The notes: generated from the letters alone by a model not told the origin. Positions 28,763-37,925 are shown, counted from the stretch's first letter. The stretch: 54,449 bases of DNA from Candidatus Staskawiczbacteria bacterium (GCA_903835075.1 CAILLM010000005.1:1-54449); one strand, 5' to 3'. Translations and numbers: made by a program.

Positions 28763-28847
28763 GCAGGGGGAAGGAAGGTGTGTGCGGCTATATGAAAGTG
28801 TTGAAATTCAACTTTTTCACATATTCGTACAACTCATCTTCCACTGC
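28763..28847 (+). promoter_or_regulatory. long imperfect hairpin in the pnp leader
   Basis: GCAG/CTGC, GGAAG/CTTCC, TGTGCG/CGTACA, TGAAA/TTTCA, GTTGAA/TTCAAC nested pairings. Confidence 0.65.
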
Positions 28848-28855
28848 AAAATTAA

Positions 28856-31018
28856 ATGGCAGTAAAAGATACGTTTGAGATTCAAGTGGGCGAGCAAAAG
28901 CCCATTATAATTAAAACTACAAATTGGACCGAGCAAGCATCGGGCAGTTGTTTAATTTCTCAAGGAGAAACAGAAGTTTTGGTAACCGCAACTTTGTCAC
29001 CTCACACAAGAGAAGGAATGGATTATTTCCCATTAACAGTTGAATATGAGGAAAGGTTTTATGCAGCAGGAAAAATTTTAGGTTCACGTTTTATGAAAAG
29101 AGAGGGCAGGGCAAGCGATGAAGCAACATTAAATGCCAGAATGATTGATCGCGCAATTAGGCCTTTATTCCCAACAGACTTTATGAAAGAAGTTCAGGTT
29201 ATTGCAACCTGCTTGTCTTGGGATGGTGAAAACGATCCAGATATTTTGGGAATGATTGGATCCTCATTTGCTTTAGCTGTTTCTGAAATTCCTTGGAACG
29301 GACCCCTGGGAGCTATAAGAGTTAGCCGAGTTGCAGGCAAATTTGTTTTTAACCCAACCTACGAACAGAAAAAAGAAAGCGACATGGATTTAACTTTGTC
29401 AGCTATTTGGCAACCTGCCCTGAGCGGAGTCGAAGGGGGTGATGACATTTTAGTTAACATGATTGAAATGGGAGCTAAAGAAGTTTTGGAAAAAGATGTT
29501 TTAGAAGCTTATGAAGCGGCCAAAAAAGAATTAAAGAAAATTATTGACCTGCAAATTTCAGCTGTTAAAAAAATTGGGAAAACAAAAGATGAATTTTTGC
29601 CAGCAGTTGAATTAGACATTGCAAACGAAATAAAGGAATGGCTAGGAAATAAATTGGTTGATGCAATCACAAATGCGCCAAAAGGTGAAAAAAATCTTGG
29701 GGCTGCTGAAGATTTAAAAAAAGAATTAGTAAAATATTTGGCAGAAAAGCATCCGGGGGAGGGGAAGGAAAAACAAGTATTGGCTTTTTTTGAAAAAGAA
29801 ATTGAAAGAATAATTATCAAAAATATAATTGAAAAAGATTACCGCCCAGACGGCAGAAATTCTTTAGAAATACGACCACTGTCTTGCGAGGTTAAAGTTT
29901 TGCCAAGAGCCCATGGAAGCGCAGTATTTTTTAGGGGCTTAACAAGGGTGCTTTCTGTTTTAACTTTAGGCGGACCTGGTGATTCACAAATCTTAGAAAG
30001 CATGGAAACTACCGGAAAGAAAAGGTTTATGCACCACTATAATTTTCCTCCATTTTCTTCAGGAGAAACAGCTCCAATGCGTGGGCCAAAAAGAAGAGAA
30101 ATTGGACATGGCTCTTTAGCAGAAAAAGCATTGTTACCAGTTTTGCCAGACATAGAAACTTTTCCATACACAATTAGAATTGTTTCTGAGTGTGTTTCTT
30201 CGAATGGGTCAACTTCAATGGCTTCAACTTGTGCAGCTTGCATTGCTTTAATGGATGCAGGCGTACCAATTAAAGAACCTGTGGCTGGAATTTCTGTTGG
30301 GTTGGCCAAAGATGAAGAAACAGGAAAATATAAAGTGCTAACAGACATACAAGGACCAGAAGATCATTATGGTGATATGGATTTTAAAGTGGCTGGAACA
30401 AAAAATGGAATTACCGCAATTCAAATGGATATTAAAATAGATGGTATTAACAAAAACATAATGGAAGAGGCCTTAGCTCGCGCAAAAGATGCAAGATTTA
30501 AAATACTTGATATAATAAAAGAACAAATAGCAGAACCAAGAAAAGAATTGTCTCCTTATGCTCCAAAGATATTTACTCTTAAAATTAATCCTGCCAAAAT
30601 TGGTGAGGTTATTGGGCCAAAGGGAAGTGTAATAAATAAAATAATTGAAGAATGTGGAGTGGCAATTGATATCGATGATTCTGGCTTAGTGTTCATTACA
30701 GGAACCGATGCCGAAGGGGTTGAAAAAGCTGCCACATGGGTTAAGGGGATTGTGCGCGAAGTGGAAGTTGGCGAAGTGTTTCAAGGTAAGGTTGTAAAAA
30801 TTATGGACTTTGGTGCATTTGTTGAAATTTTGCCAGGAACCGATGGCATGGTGCATATTTCAAAATTTGTAAAAGAGAGGATACAAAGCGTATCTGAAGT
30901 TGCAAAAGAAGGGGACACTATTCCTGTTAAGGTTATGTCTGTCGACGAACTAGGCAGAATAAATCTTTCAGCAATTGATGCAGGCTTTAAGCCCGCGCTA
31001 AAAAATTCTAAACAATAA
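28856..31018 (+). CDS. pnp: polyribonucleotide nucleotidyltransferase
   Basis: FPLTVEY, RREIGHG, SNGSTSMAS, GDMDFKVAG, KH and S1 domains. Confidence 0.97.
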   Translation: MAVKDTFEIQVGEQKPIIIKTTNWTEQASGSCLISQGETEVLVTATLSPHTREGMDYFPLTVEYEERFYAAGKILGSRFMKREGRASDEATLNARMIDRAIRPLFPTDFMKEVQVIATCLSWDGENDPDILGMIGSSFALAVSEIPWNGPLGAIRVSRVAGKFVFNPTYEQKKESDMDLTLSAIWQPALSGVEGGDDILVNMIEMGAKEVLEKDVLEAYEAAKKELKKIIDLQISAVKKIGKTKDEFLPAVELDIANEIKEWLGNKLVDAITNAPKGEKNLGAAEDLKKELVKYLAEKHPGEGKEKQVLAFFEKEIERIIIKNIIEKDYRPDGRNSLEIRPLSCEVKVLPRAHGSAVFFRGLTRVLSVLTLGGPGDSQILESMETTGKKRFMHHYNFPPFSSGETAPMRGPKRREIGHGSLAEKALLPVLPDIETFPYTIRIVSECVSSNGSTSMASTCAACIALMDAGVPIKEPVAGISVGLAKDEETGKYKVLTDIQGPEDHYGDMDFKVAGTKNGITAIQMDIKIDGINKNIMEEALARAKDARFKILDIIKEQIAEPRKELSPYAPKIFTLKINPAKIGEVIGPKGSVINKIIEECGVAIDIDDSGLVFITGTDAEGVEKAATWVKGIVREVEVGEVFQGKVVKIMDFGAFVEILPGTDGMVHISKFVKERIQSVSEVAKEGDTIPVKVMSVDELGRINLSAIDAGFKPALKNSKQ

Positions 31019-31035
31019 ATAATTTATCTTTTCAT

Positions 31036-31064
31036 AAAAAGTCCTGCTCAAGCGGGACTTTTTT
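31036..31064 (+). terminator. intrinsic terminator after pnp
   Basis: AAAAAGTCCTGC-TCAA-GCGGGACTTTTTT. Confidence 0.85.
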
Positions 31065-31139
31065 GTTTATGACCACTCACGCGCCTCTCCACTTTTAAAT
31101 TTACTAAATAGGGTTTAAAATAAAGTATACAAAAAAATT

Positions 31140-32165
31140 ATGCCAACACAAGCAGAAGAAACACAAGCAAAAGAGTTTTTAAAAAGGGCCGAGATACGAA
31201 CAATGAAAAAGGACTTAATGGCCCTAAGGGAAACTGATGCTTTGAAAGAAAGAGACAAAATTATTAAATTAAAAACTTTAGAAGAACAATTAACTGAAAA
31301 GCAAAAATCTGACGAGTTGGCAAGCGCCAAAACCATTGCTGAAAAAATTGGCAGGAATGAAGTTCTCACAAAAAATGAGGGTCAAGAAAAAATAGCTGAG
31401 AAAGATTTAAAAAACTATGCAACAGAAGAAGAAAAACAACAAATATTTTTGTTGGAATCTCAACGTCTTGGGTTTGAACAACAAATTGATGACATTGATA
31501 AAACAAAAGATCCTGCTTTAAAATTAGATAAAAATAGATTATTATTGCAAAAGCGCGAACAGCAAGAAAAATTAAATGTAATTTTAGCTGAAGAAAAAAA
31601 GTTTGAAGATGAGCAGAAGTTTATTGTTGAAAAAGAAAAAGCTACCACCATTGATACAGAAAGAAAAAGCTTAGAGCAATCGCGCTGGGACTTAGAAGAA
31701 AAAATTAAAGACGTGGAAAAAAGAAGGTGGGCAGTGGAAACTGAGATAAAAAATAATGACGACAAGGTGGCAGTCATAGACAAATCTTCCGAACAATTTG
31801 TTATTGATAAGAATAGGCTACGTGATAAGATTTTGGGGGCTGATAAATCATTAAGAGATATTTATTCTGTGATAATGGCAAGAGAAGAAGAAAAAAGAAA
31901 GGGGCTGGCAGCTGAACAAATAGCTAAAAGAGAAGCTTTGGAAAAAATACGTGCAAATGAGAATGAAAAAGCTCAAAGACAACAATGGCACGGCTCAGCG
32001 ACAACAACACCAAAAATACCACTTGCAATTCCCGTACCTGTACCCACAAGGAAAAAAATAGCAAAATCTTTTGAGAATGAAGAAGAAGCAAGAAAAAAGT
32101 TTTTGAAAGATGTAGAACAAGGCGTTGCAACTGGTAGCCAGCAACAACAAAGCAATATTAAATAA
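31140..32165 (+). CDS. hypothetical coiled-coil protein
   Basis: Long E/K-rich heptad ORF with N-terminal IRTMKKD; no catalytic motif seen. Confidence 0.75.
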   Translation: MPTQAEETQAKEFLKRAEIRTMKKDLMALRETDALKERDKIIKLKTLEEQLTEKQKSDELASAKTIAEKIGRNEVLTKNEGQEKIAEKDLKNYATEEEKQQIFLLESQRLGFEQQIDDIDKTKDPALKLDKNRLLLQKREQQEKLNVILAEEKKFEDEQKFIVEKEKATTIDTERKSLEQSRWDLEEKIKDVEKRRWAVETEIKNNDDKVAVIDKSSEQFVIDKNRLRDKILGADKSLRDIYSVIMAREEEKRKGLAAEQIAKREALEKIRANENEKAQRQQWHGSATTTPKIPLAIPVPVPTRKKIAKSFENEEEARKKFLKDVEQGVATGSQQQQSNIK

Positions 32166-32176
32166 TAAAAAATTCA

Positions 32177-32536
32177 ATGGAAAAAGAACTACTAGAAAAA
32201 TTAAAAAATATTTTGGAAGAGCAAAAAAAATCTTTGCAAACTGAATTAGAAAGTTTTGCTATAAAAGATCCAAATTTAAAACACAACTGGGACGCAAGGT
32301 TCCCAAATAGGGAAGATGGTGACAAAGAGGAAGAAGCTGATGAAGTTCAAGAATATAATAACAAATTATCTTTAGAATATAGTTTGGAATCAAAATTAAA
32401 AGATGTGAACAACGCGTTAGATAAAATTGCCGAAGGAACTTATGGATTTTGTGAAGGTTGCGGTAAAAAAATAGACGATGAAAGATTATTAGCTTGCCCA
32501 GAAGCAAAAACTTGTTTGAAATGCAATGAAAGATAA
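32177..32536 (+). CDS. TraR/DksA family C4 zinc-finger protein
   Basis: GTYGFCEGCG..I..ERL..PEAKTCLKC. Confidence 0.9.
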   Translation: MEKELLEKLKNILEEQKKSLQTELESFAIKDPNLKHNWDARFPNREDGDKEEEADEVQEYNNKLSLEYSLESKLKDVNNALDKIAEGTYGFCEGCGKKIDDERLLACPEAKTCLKCNER

Positions 32537-32550
32537 AATTGTTTTCTAAC

Positions 32551-32582
32551 AAAAAAAGCCTCAACGTAATGTTGAGGCTTTT
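32551..32582. terminator. bidirectional terminator
   Basis: AAAAGCCTCAAC-GTAAT-GTTGAGGCTTTT between convergent genes. Confidence 0.85.
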
Positions 32583-32589
32583 GTATTTA

Positions 32590-33750
32590 TTAATAATTTA
32601 TTTTTGTTCCAACTCTATACCTTGATAGGGGATTTGTAGCTCCAACAACCTGGAAGTGAACGTGACATCCCGTTGCATGACCAGTTCTACCCATTAAACC
32701 TATTTGTTGGCCAACGCTAACTTTATCTCCTGGTTGTACTCCAACAAATTCAAAGTGACCATAATAAGTAACTGTGCCATTTGGATGCAAAATAGTAACA
32801 TAGTTTCCCATACCCAAATTCCATGAATTGTTAAATACTGCTCTTTGTACTGTACCAGAAGCTGCTGCATAAACTGGTGTTCCACATTTATTAGCCAAAT
32901 CAATAGCATTAAAATAATGCAAACCTTGGGTAATTATTCCTTGCGCTGGAATAATAAAATAATTATTAGGTAAAGGAGTTTGTTTTTTTGTTGTTGGATT
33001 GGTGATGGGGTTGGTGATTGGGTTTTTGGCAGGGGCTGCAACTTTTGGCATTACTCCACCTGGTATTATTAAAATATCTCCAACATAAATATCGTCTTGG
33101 TTGGCCAAATCATTAAAAGAAATTATGTCTTCTGCATTTGCATTATATTTAGAAGCAATAGCTGCCATTGTGTCTCCAGACTGCACAACATGTAAAACCC
33201 CATCTACTGGTAAAATAGTTAAACTTTCACCAACTTTAATTTTTGAAGAAGTAGATAAATCATTTGCCCAAAGTATAGTATTAACAGAAATGTTGTAGGA
33301 ATCTGCAATAGATTGAAATGTATCGCCAGGTTGTACGGTGTAGTCAGTAACGTCTTTATTGTTTTGATTGCTTGCACCAAATACATCTCCCAAAACTTTT
33401 CCCGAAACTACACAGGGCGTCGACATTGCACAAAGTGTATTATCTTGCATTATTTTTAAATCTGGTGTTTCTAACGGGCCAGCATCTGACTGGCTAGAAA
33501 ATAAACTACTGGCATCTAGAGCTCCTACTTTACTAAAAAAAGAATTTAAAGACACTGTGCGTTCTTGACCAAAAACATTAGAACCGTCACAAGACAAATA
33601 TATTCCGCCAAACAACACAACTGAAATCACGCCGAAAAAAAATAAAGGATTTTTAAATAATCCCCCAAAATCAGCCCTCTTGTTGCTATGCTTTGCAGAG
33701 AGCCAAACCCTTTTTATCTTTATTAAAATTGTGTTAATTATCTTTAACAA
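32590..33750 (-). CDS. LysM-domain M23 peptidase
   Basis: Two LysM motifs (YTVQPGDT, HVVQSGDT); H...D, YGH, HVHF. Confidence 0.92.
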   Translation of the reverse strand: MLKIINTILIKIKRVWLSAKHSNKRADFGGLFKNPLFFFGVISVVLFGGIYLSCDGSNVFGQERTVSLNSFFSKVGALDASSLFSSQSDAGPLETPDLKIMQDNTLCAMSTPCVVSGKVLGDVFGASNQNNKDVTDYTVQPGDTFQSIADSYNISVNTILWANDLSTSSKIKVGESLTILPVDGVLHVVQSGDTMAAIASKYNANAEDIISFNDLANQDDIYVGDILIIPGGVMPKVAAPAKNPITNPITNPTTKKQTPLPNNYFIIPAQGIITQGLHYFNAIDLANKCGTPVYAAASGTVQRAVFNNSWNLGMGNYVTILHPNGTVTYYGHFEFVGVQPGDKVSVGQQIGLMGRTGHATGCHVHFQVVGATNPLSRYRVGTKINY

Positions 33751-33813
33751 CTTAATTCAAACTTACCATATTCAAGGCATTAGGTCAACCAGTTATGCAC
33801 AGTTATTTTTTTG

Positions 33814-33845
33814 CTTGTGCTGAGTTTATCGAAGTATAAAAAAAT
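33814..33845 (-). repeat. REP-like 32-mer after terminator
   Basis: 30/32 identical to 40498-40529. Confidence 0.75.
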
Positions 33846-33894
33846 GGCGCTCGCACAGTTTCCGAAGAAACCGTTTGAGCGCATAATCATAAAA

Positions 33895-35403
33895 TCAATT
33901 TCCAACCATGATTGGTGGCAGGCTTGGATTGACGGGGGGCGTTGTTGGCGTAGCAGGGGTTGGAGTGTTAGGATTGGGATCCTTGAACCCAGTTCCGCTG
34001 TAAACAACTTTTTGTGCCCAGTTTTTGCCGTAGTCATACGACATATAAACCGCGCCACCTGAAACAGTAGCCGCCTGAATTTGGCCGTCATAAGAAACCT
34101 TAACTGACGACCAACTGCGACTGCTATCTGCTGTTTTCCAGCTATATCCGCCGTCATCACTGGTGTACAAATAACCACCGGCAACTGTTGCCGTGATGTA
34201 TCTGCCATCAGACGAAGTGGCCACTCCAGACCAATCCCTAACCCCCTCATTAATCTGGGGCGTCCAAGTTTGGCACGAGTCCCTAGAGATATACAAATAT
34301 CCGCCTGTGGCCGAGGCCACGGCAGTATTACCTGCCAACTCTACAGCTGACCAATTCCGGACATTGTCCGTTGCCGTTGAAGTCCACGTTCTGCCATAGT
34401 CAGCAGAGGTGTAAATATACCCGCCCGAAACCGTTGCTGCAATAAGATTGCTAGATGCAGAAACTGCCGACCAGTTGTTGGCACCACCAATGGGGTTCCA
34501 TGTTGAACCAAGGTCGGCAGAAGCATAAATGTAACCTCCAGCAGCGGTTGCAACCAAGTAATTACTCGCCTCACAAATGGCCGACCAGTTCTGAACACTG
34601 GCAGTAGGACTCCACGTTGCACCACCATCTTTTGAATCATAAATGTATCCTCCATTAACCGTGGCAAACTGACGTGGTACTCCTTGACCAAGCATGGTCA
34701 CAGCTGACCAATTTCCCGTAACTCCCGCAGGATTCCACGTTACGCCATAATCGGCAGAGGAAGATATACGACCAGCCTTGTCTACGGCTGTTAGGTATTG
34801 GCCATCGTCTGATAGTGAAATGGCCGACCAATAACTGGTGTTTGTACCACCTCCGCCATAGCCCCCACCTCCGCCCCAACCTGGGTTGGAATTGTTATTC
34901 CCGGGGTCACTAGGACTACCGTAATAACCTCCACCGTTGGGATAACCCGAGTTGTCTCTATTGCCGTAGCCGTAGCCGTAGCCACCGCCGCCAATTAACA
35001 TTGCGCCCAAGCCATAGACTCCCGCGTTGGGAGCCTGACCGTTAGAGGACAAGCTGAGACTTGGGGTTGAGACATTGTTGCGCGACGTAGAATTTTTTGC
35101 CAAATAATTATTGGCCGATGAATCGGCTTTCTTGACAATGGTTCCGCCAGAAGCAACGCTGTTAACACCGCTAGCAAATGGCAGTGGATTTGTTGTCCTG
35201 TTGCCCTTATTGAATTTGGGCGTGAAAAGACTTGTGTGGAAGTTTGGTTTAACCGACACACGAGATTGCGTTGGCTCCGAAGGGGAGCTACACAGTTTGA
35301 GAAAGCTTGCTGACAGCAAGCACAGCGTGACAACAAAGGCCTTTTTCAGACCAATTTTCTTAGTGATGGTCGCGGCTACCGCGACGAATGGTGCGATGTT
35401 CAT
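33895..35403 (-). CDS. secreted/anchored BNR (Asp-box) repeat beta-propeller protein
   Basis: Seven SxDxGxTW-like boxes, Gly/Tyr/Asn-rich linker, Pro/Thr tail; AAGGAAGG RBS before ATG 35403; visibly GC-rich. Confidence 0.8.
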   Translation of the reverse strand: MNIAPFVAVAATITKKIGLKKAFVVTLCLLSASFLKLCSSPSEPTQSRVSVKPNFHTSLFTPKFNKGNRTTNPLPFASGVNSVASGGTIVKKADSSANNYLAKNSTSRNNVSTPSLSLSSNGQAPNAGVYGLGAMLIGGGGYGYGYGNRDNSGYPNGGGYYGSPSDPGNNNSNPGWGGGGGYGGGGTNTSYWSAISLSDDGQYLTAVDKAGRISSSADYGVTWNPAGVTGNWSAVTMLGQGVPRQFATVNGGYIYDSKDGGATWSPTASVQNWSAICEASNYLVATAAGGYIYASADLGSTWNPIGGANNWSAVSASSNLIAATVSGGYIYTSADYGRTWTSTATDNVRNWSAVELAGNTAVASATGGYLYISRDSCQTWTPQINEGVRDWSGVATSSDGRYITATVAGGYLYTSDDGGYSWKTADSSRSWSSVKVSYDGQIQAATVSGGAVYMSYDYGKNWAQKVVYSGTGFKDPNPNTPTPATPTTPPVNPSLPPIMVGN

Positions 35404-35584
35404 GATGCGTCCTTCCTTGTGGTTATTGTATTGTTTGGTTGTTGGAAATATGAAATTTTCAATGCTAGAAACATTTGACAAAATATTATTAATGTCCCTA
35501 ACGCTAGTTTACATTTATAATGCTATAACAACGGGGGTTTTGTCAAGCTTTTTTATCTTAATTCTGTTGTGCTATAATAATTTA

Positions 35585-36457
35585 ATGAATTTAACTTCTC
35601 CAACAATAATAAAAGAACTTCTTGCAAAATATGAAACCTACGCGTCAAAAGGACTTGGGCAAAATTTTTTAATAGACAAAAATGTTTTAAGAAAAATTGT
35701 TTTGGCAGGGGACATAGCACCAACAGACATAATATTGGAAGTTGGCCCTGGGCTTGGAGTACTAACACAAGAATTGGCACCTTTAGCAAAAAAAATTATT
35801 GCTGTTGAAAAAAGTGCCAGCATGCAAAATATTTTAAAAGAAACTTTGGCAGATTATAAAAACATAGAAATTATTGATGCCGACATTTTAACCCTAAACC
35901 CTGAATCCTATATCCTAAATCCTTACAAGGTAATTGCTAATATTCCATATTATTTAACTTCACCATTAATTAGAAAATTTTTAGAAATAGAAACACCTCC
36001 ACAAGAAATAGTTTTAATGATTCAAAAAGAGGTGGCACAAAGAATTTGTGCGCCAGTTGGCAAAATGAGCTTACTGGCAGTTTCTGTACAATTTTATGCA
36101 GATGTAAAAATTGTAAGCTATGTTTCAAAAAATTGTTTTTGGCCTGCACCAAAAATTGATTCAGCAATTATAAAAATAATTCCTCACAAACCCTTCGACT
36201 CCGCTCAGGGCAAAAAACAAATCTCGCATGATTTGTTTTTTGAAATTGTAAAAGCAGGATTTTCACAACCACGCAAACAACTTGGCGGAAATTTTTCTAA
36301 ATTCTTTCCGCCCAAGGCGGACCAGCCTGGGGCTGAAAAACTAAAAAAAGAGGGGATAGAGTCTTGGCTTTTAAAAAATAATATTAAACCCACTCAACGC
36401 GCCCAAACTTTATCAATCCAAGACTGGATCAATTTAACGCAAACTTTTTACATATAA
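35585..36457 (+). CDS. rsmA: 16S rRNA m6,2A dimethyltransferase
   Basis: LGQNFL, LEVGPGLG, ANIPYY, QKEVA; real start ATG 35585, not 35111. Confidence 0.95.
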   Translation: MNLTSPTIIKELLAKYETYASKGLGQNFLIDKNVLRKIVLAGDIAPTDIILEVGPGLGVLTQELAPLAKKIIAVEKSASMQNILKETLADYKNIEIIDADILTLNPESYILNPYKVIANIPYYLTSPLIRKFLEIETPPQEIVLMIQKEVAQRICAPVGKMSLLAVSVQFYADVKIVSYVSKNCFWPAPKIDSAIIKIIPHKPFDSAQGKKQISHDLFFEIVKAGFSQPRKQLGGNFSKFFPPKADQPGAEKLKKEGIESWLLKNNIKPTQRAQTLSIQDWINLTQTFYI

Positions 36458-36483
36458 AGTGTCCGACCGCTCACTTTATATAA
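36452..36483. repeat. 32-bp palindromic direct repeat, left
   Basis: ATATAAAGTGTCCGACCGCTCACTTTATATAA, identical to 37057-37088. Confidence 0.95.
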
Positions 36484-36491
36484 ATACGGTA

Positions 36492-37052
36492 ATGAAAAAA
36501 GTTAAAAAAATAAAAGTTAATTTCCCAACTAAAATTGTATTGGATTATTTGAAAGAAACATCTAAAGATTTATTAAATTTAAGTTTTGATATACTTTTTG
36601 ACCAAGATAAATTAATATCGCAAATAGGTTTCAAAGTAAACTATCCTTCTGTATCGTCTATGATTTGTAGGTGGGCGGATAATTTAGATAAAAATACTTC
36701 TTTTAAAAAACTAAATGGGAAAGTCTATTTAACAGAAAAGGGGCGAATAAAAATTATCAAAAATGTAATTAAAGAAAAAAGTGCTAGCGAAAAATGGGAC
36801 GGGGAGTGGCGAGCGATATGCTTCGACATACCAGAGCTTAATAAAAAAGAAAGAAGATTTTTAAGAACAGAATTAAAATGGATGAAATTCAAGGAACTGC
36901 AACACAGTGTTTGGATTACCCCTTTTAACATAGAAAAAGAACTGCTGACTTTGTTGAAACTTTGGAAGACAGATTTTAAGGGGGATATAAGATTCTTAAA
37001 AATTAAAACTATCACCGATGATAAAGATATTAAAAAATATTTTAAGTTGTAG
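36492..37052 (+). CDS. PaaX-like protein (wHTH wing + Cas2-like domain)
   Basis: YLTEKG, WDGEWRAICFDIPE, R..LR..L...F..LQHSVW; start set to ATG 36492. Confidence 0.8.
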   Translation: MKKVKKIKVNFPTKIVLDYLKETSKDLLNLSFDILFDQDKLISQIGFKVNYPSVSSMICRWADNLDKNTSFKKLNGKVYLTEKGRIKIIKNVIKEKSASEKWDGEWRAICFDIPELNKKERRFLRTELKWMKFKELQHSVWITPFNIEKELLTLLKLWKTDFKGDIRFLKIKTITDDKDIKKYFKL

Positions 37053-37056
37053 TTTT

Positions 37057-37088
37057 ATATAAAGTGTCCGACCGCTCACTTTATATAA
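37057..37088. repeat. 32-bp palindromic direct repeat, right
   Basis: Identical to 36452-36483. Confidence 0.95.
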
Positions 37089-37122
37089 TTGCTCAGTACC
37101 CATTGTTGTCTGGGCAATCTAG

Positions 37123-37144
37123 CTACCTTAAAATTTTTAGATGG
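37123..37144. repeat. 22-bp direct repeat, left (contains traX stop)
   Basis: CTACCTTAAAATTTTTAGATGG, 21/22 match to 37904-37925. Confidence 0.8.
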
Positions 37145-37826
37145 AGTGTGCGATTAAGCCCAGCACAAATATGTGAAGGGGATAGAATGTATAAAATATA
37201 TATTTAGAATAATAACCCCTTTGGCCATTATAATATTTAAGTAAACACAGCGGTATTAAATATCCAAACTGAATTGCAAACCATATAATTGGCAAAGCTA
37301 TATTTATAGAAGAATATGCAAATTTCATTTGACCTATAAAAAGTACAAGCAATATAAGTTGGATAAAAAACAATTTATAAAAATCCTTTTTTATATCAAA
37401 CAAGTAAAAAGAGAAAATTAGTAAAATACCAAAAAAACCAAAACCAAGACCTATATAATTACAAAAAATAGCAACCATAAAAACTACGGCAAGGGCATCT
37501 TTTTTGTTAGCTATGTGGTCATATAAATATAAGGCTAGCAACCCAAAAAATAAGTCTGCAAAAATATTTAGCTTTTCTATGCGTGGATTAAAAGTATATT
37601 GATAAATTGGCTGGGAAATAACAAAAAAAATAAAAATACGAAATAAATATTTTTTGATATTTTTTGTATGACGATACCCCTCTACTGCCAAAAATGCAAA
37701 TATTGGGAATGCTAACCTGCCAGCTATTCTTAAAATAATTAATTTTGGAAAAAAAAGATAGCAAACATGGTCAGCCAACATTGATAAACAAGCTATAACC
37801 TTTAAATGAAAAGAGTTTATGTTCAT
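37137..37826 (-). CDS. traX: TraX family membrane protein
   Basis: LKVIACLSMLADH, GRLAFPIFAFL.VEGY.HT, YNGQRG, FYTFYPLH. Confidence 0.88.
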   Translation of the reverse strand: MNINSFHLKVIACLSMLADHVCYLFFPKLIILRIAGRLAFPIFAFLAVEGYRHTKNIKKYLFRIFIFFVISQPIYQYTFNPRIEKLNIFADLFFGLLALYLYDHIANKKDALAVVFMVAIFCNYIGLGFGFFGILLIFSFYLFDIKKDFYKLFFIQLILLVLFIGQMKFAYSSINIALPIIWFAIQFGYLIPLCLLKYYNGQRGYYSKYIFYTFYPLHIFVLGLIAHSI

Positions 37827-37889
37827 TTAATTATGTTAAACTAAAAAAGAAAAAAAAGCACCCCACCCATAAAATGAAAAAACATTTTA

Positions 37890-37898
37890 TGTGGATAA
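37890..37898 (-). promoter_or_regulatory. DnaA box
   Basis: TGTGGATAA, perfect consensus in the intergenic region. Confidence 0.45.
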
Positions 37899-37903
37899 CT
37901 TGA

Positions 37904-37925
37904 CTACCTTAAAAATTTTAGATGG
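37904..37925. repeat. 22-bp direct repeat, right
   Basis: CTACCTTAAAAATTTTAGATGG. Confidence 0.8.

Noticed and set aside
35111-35584. N-terminal extension of RsmA in the ORF track
   Set aside because: Antisense overlap with the BNR gene; RsmA-like sequence and promoter start at 35585
36452-37088. CRISPR array (32-bp hairpin repeats next to a Cas2-like gene)
   Set aside because: Only two repeats, separated by 573 bp containing a gene; no cas1 or effector genes
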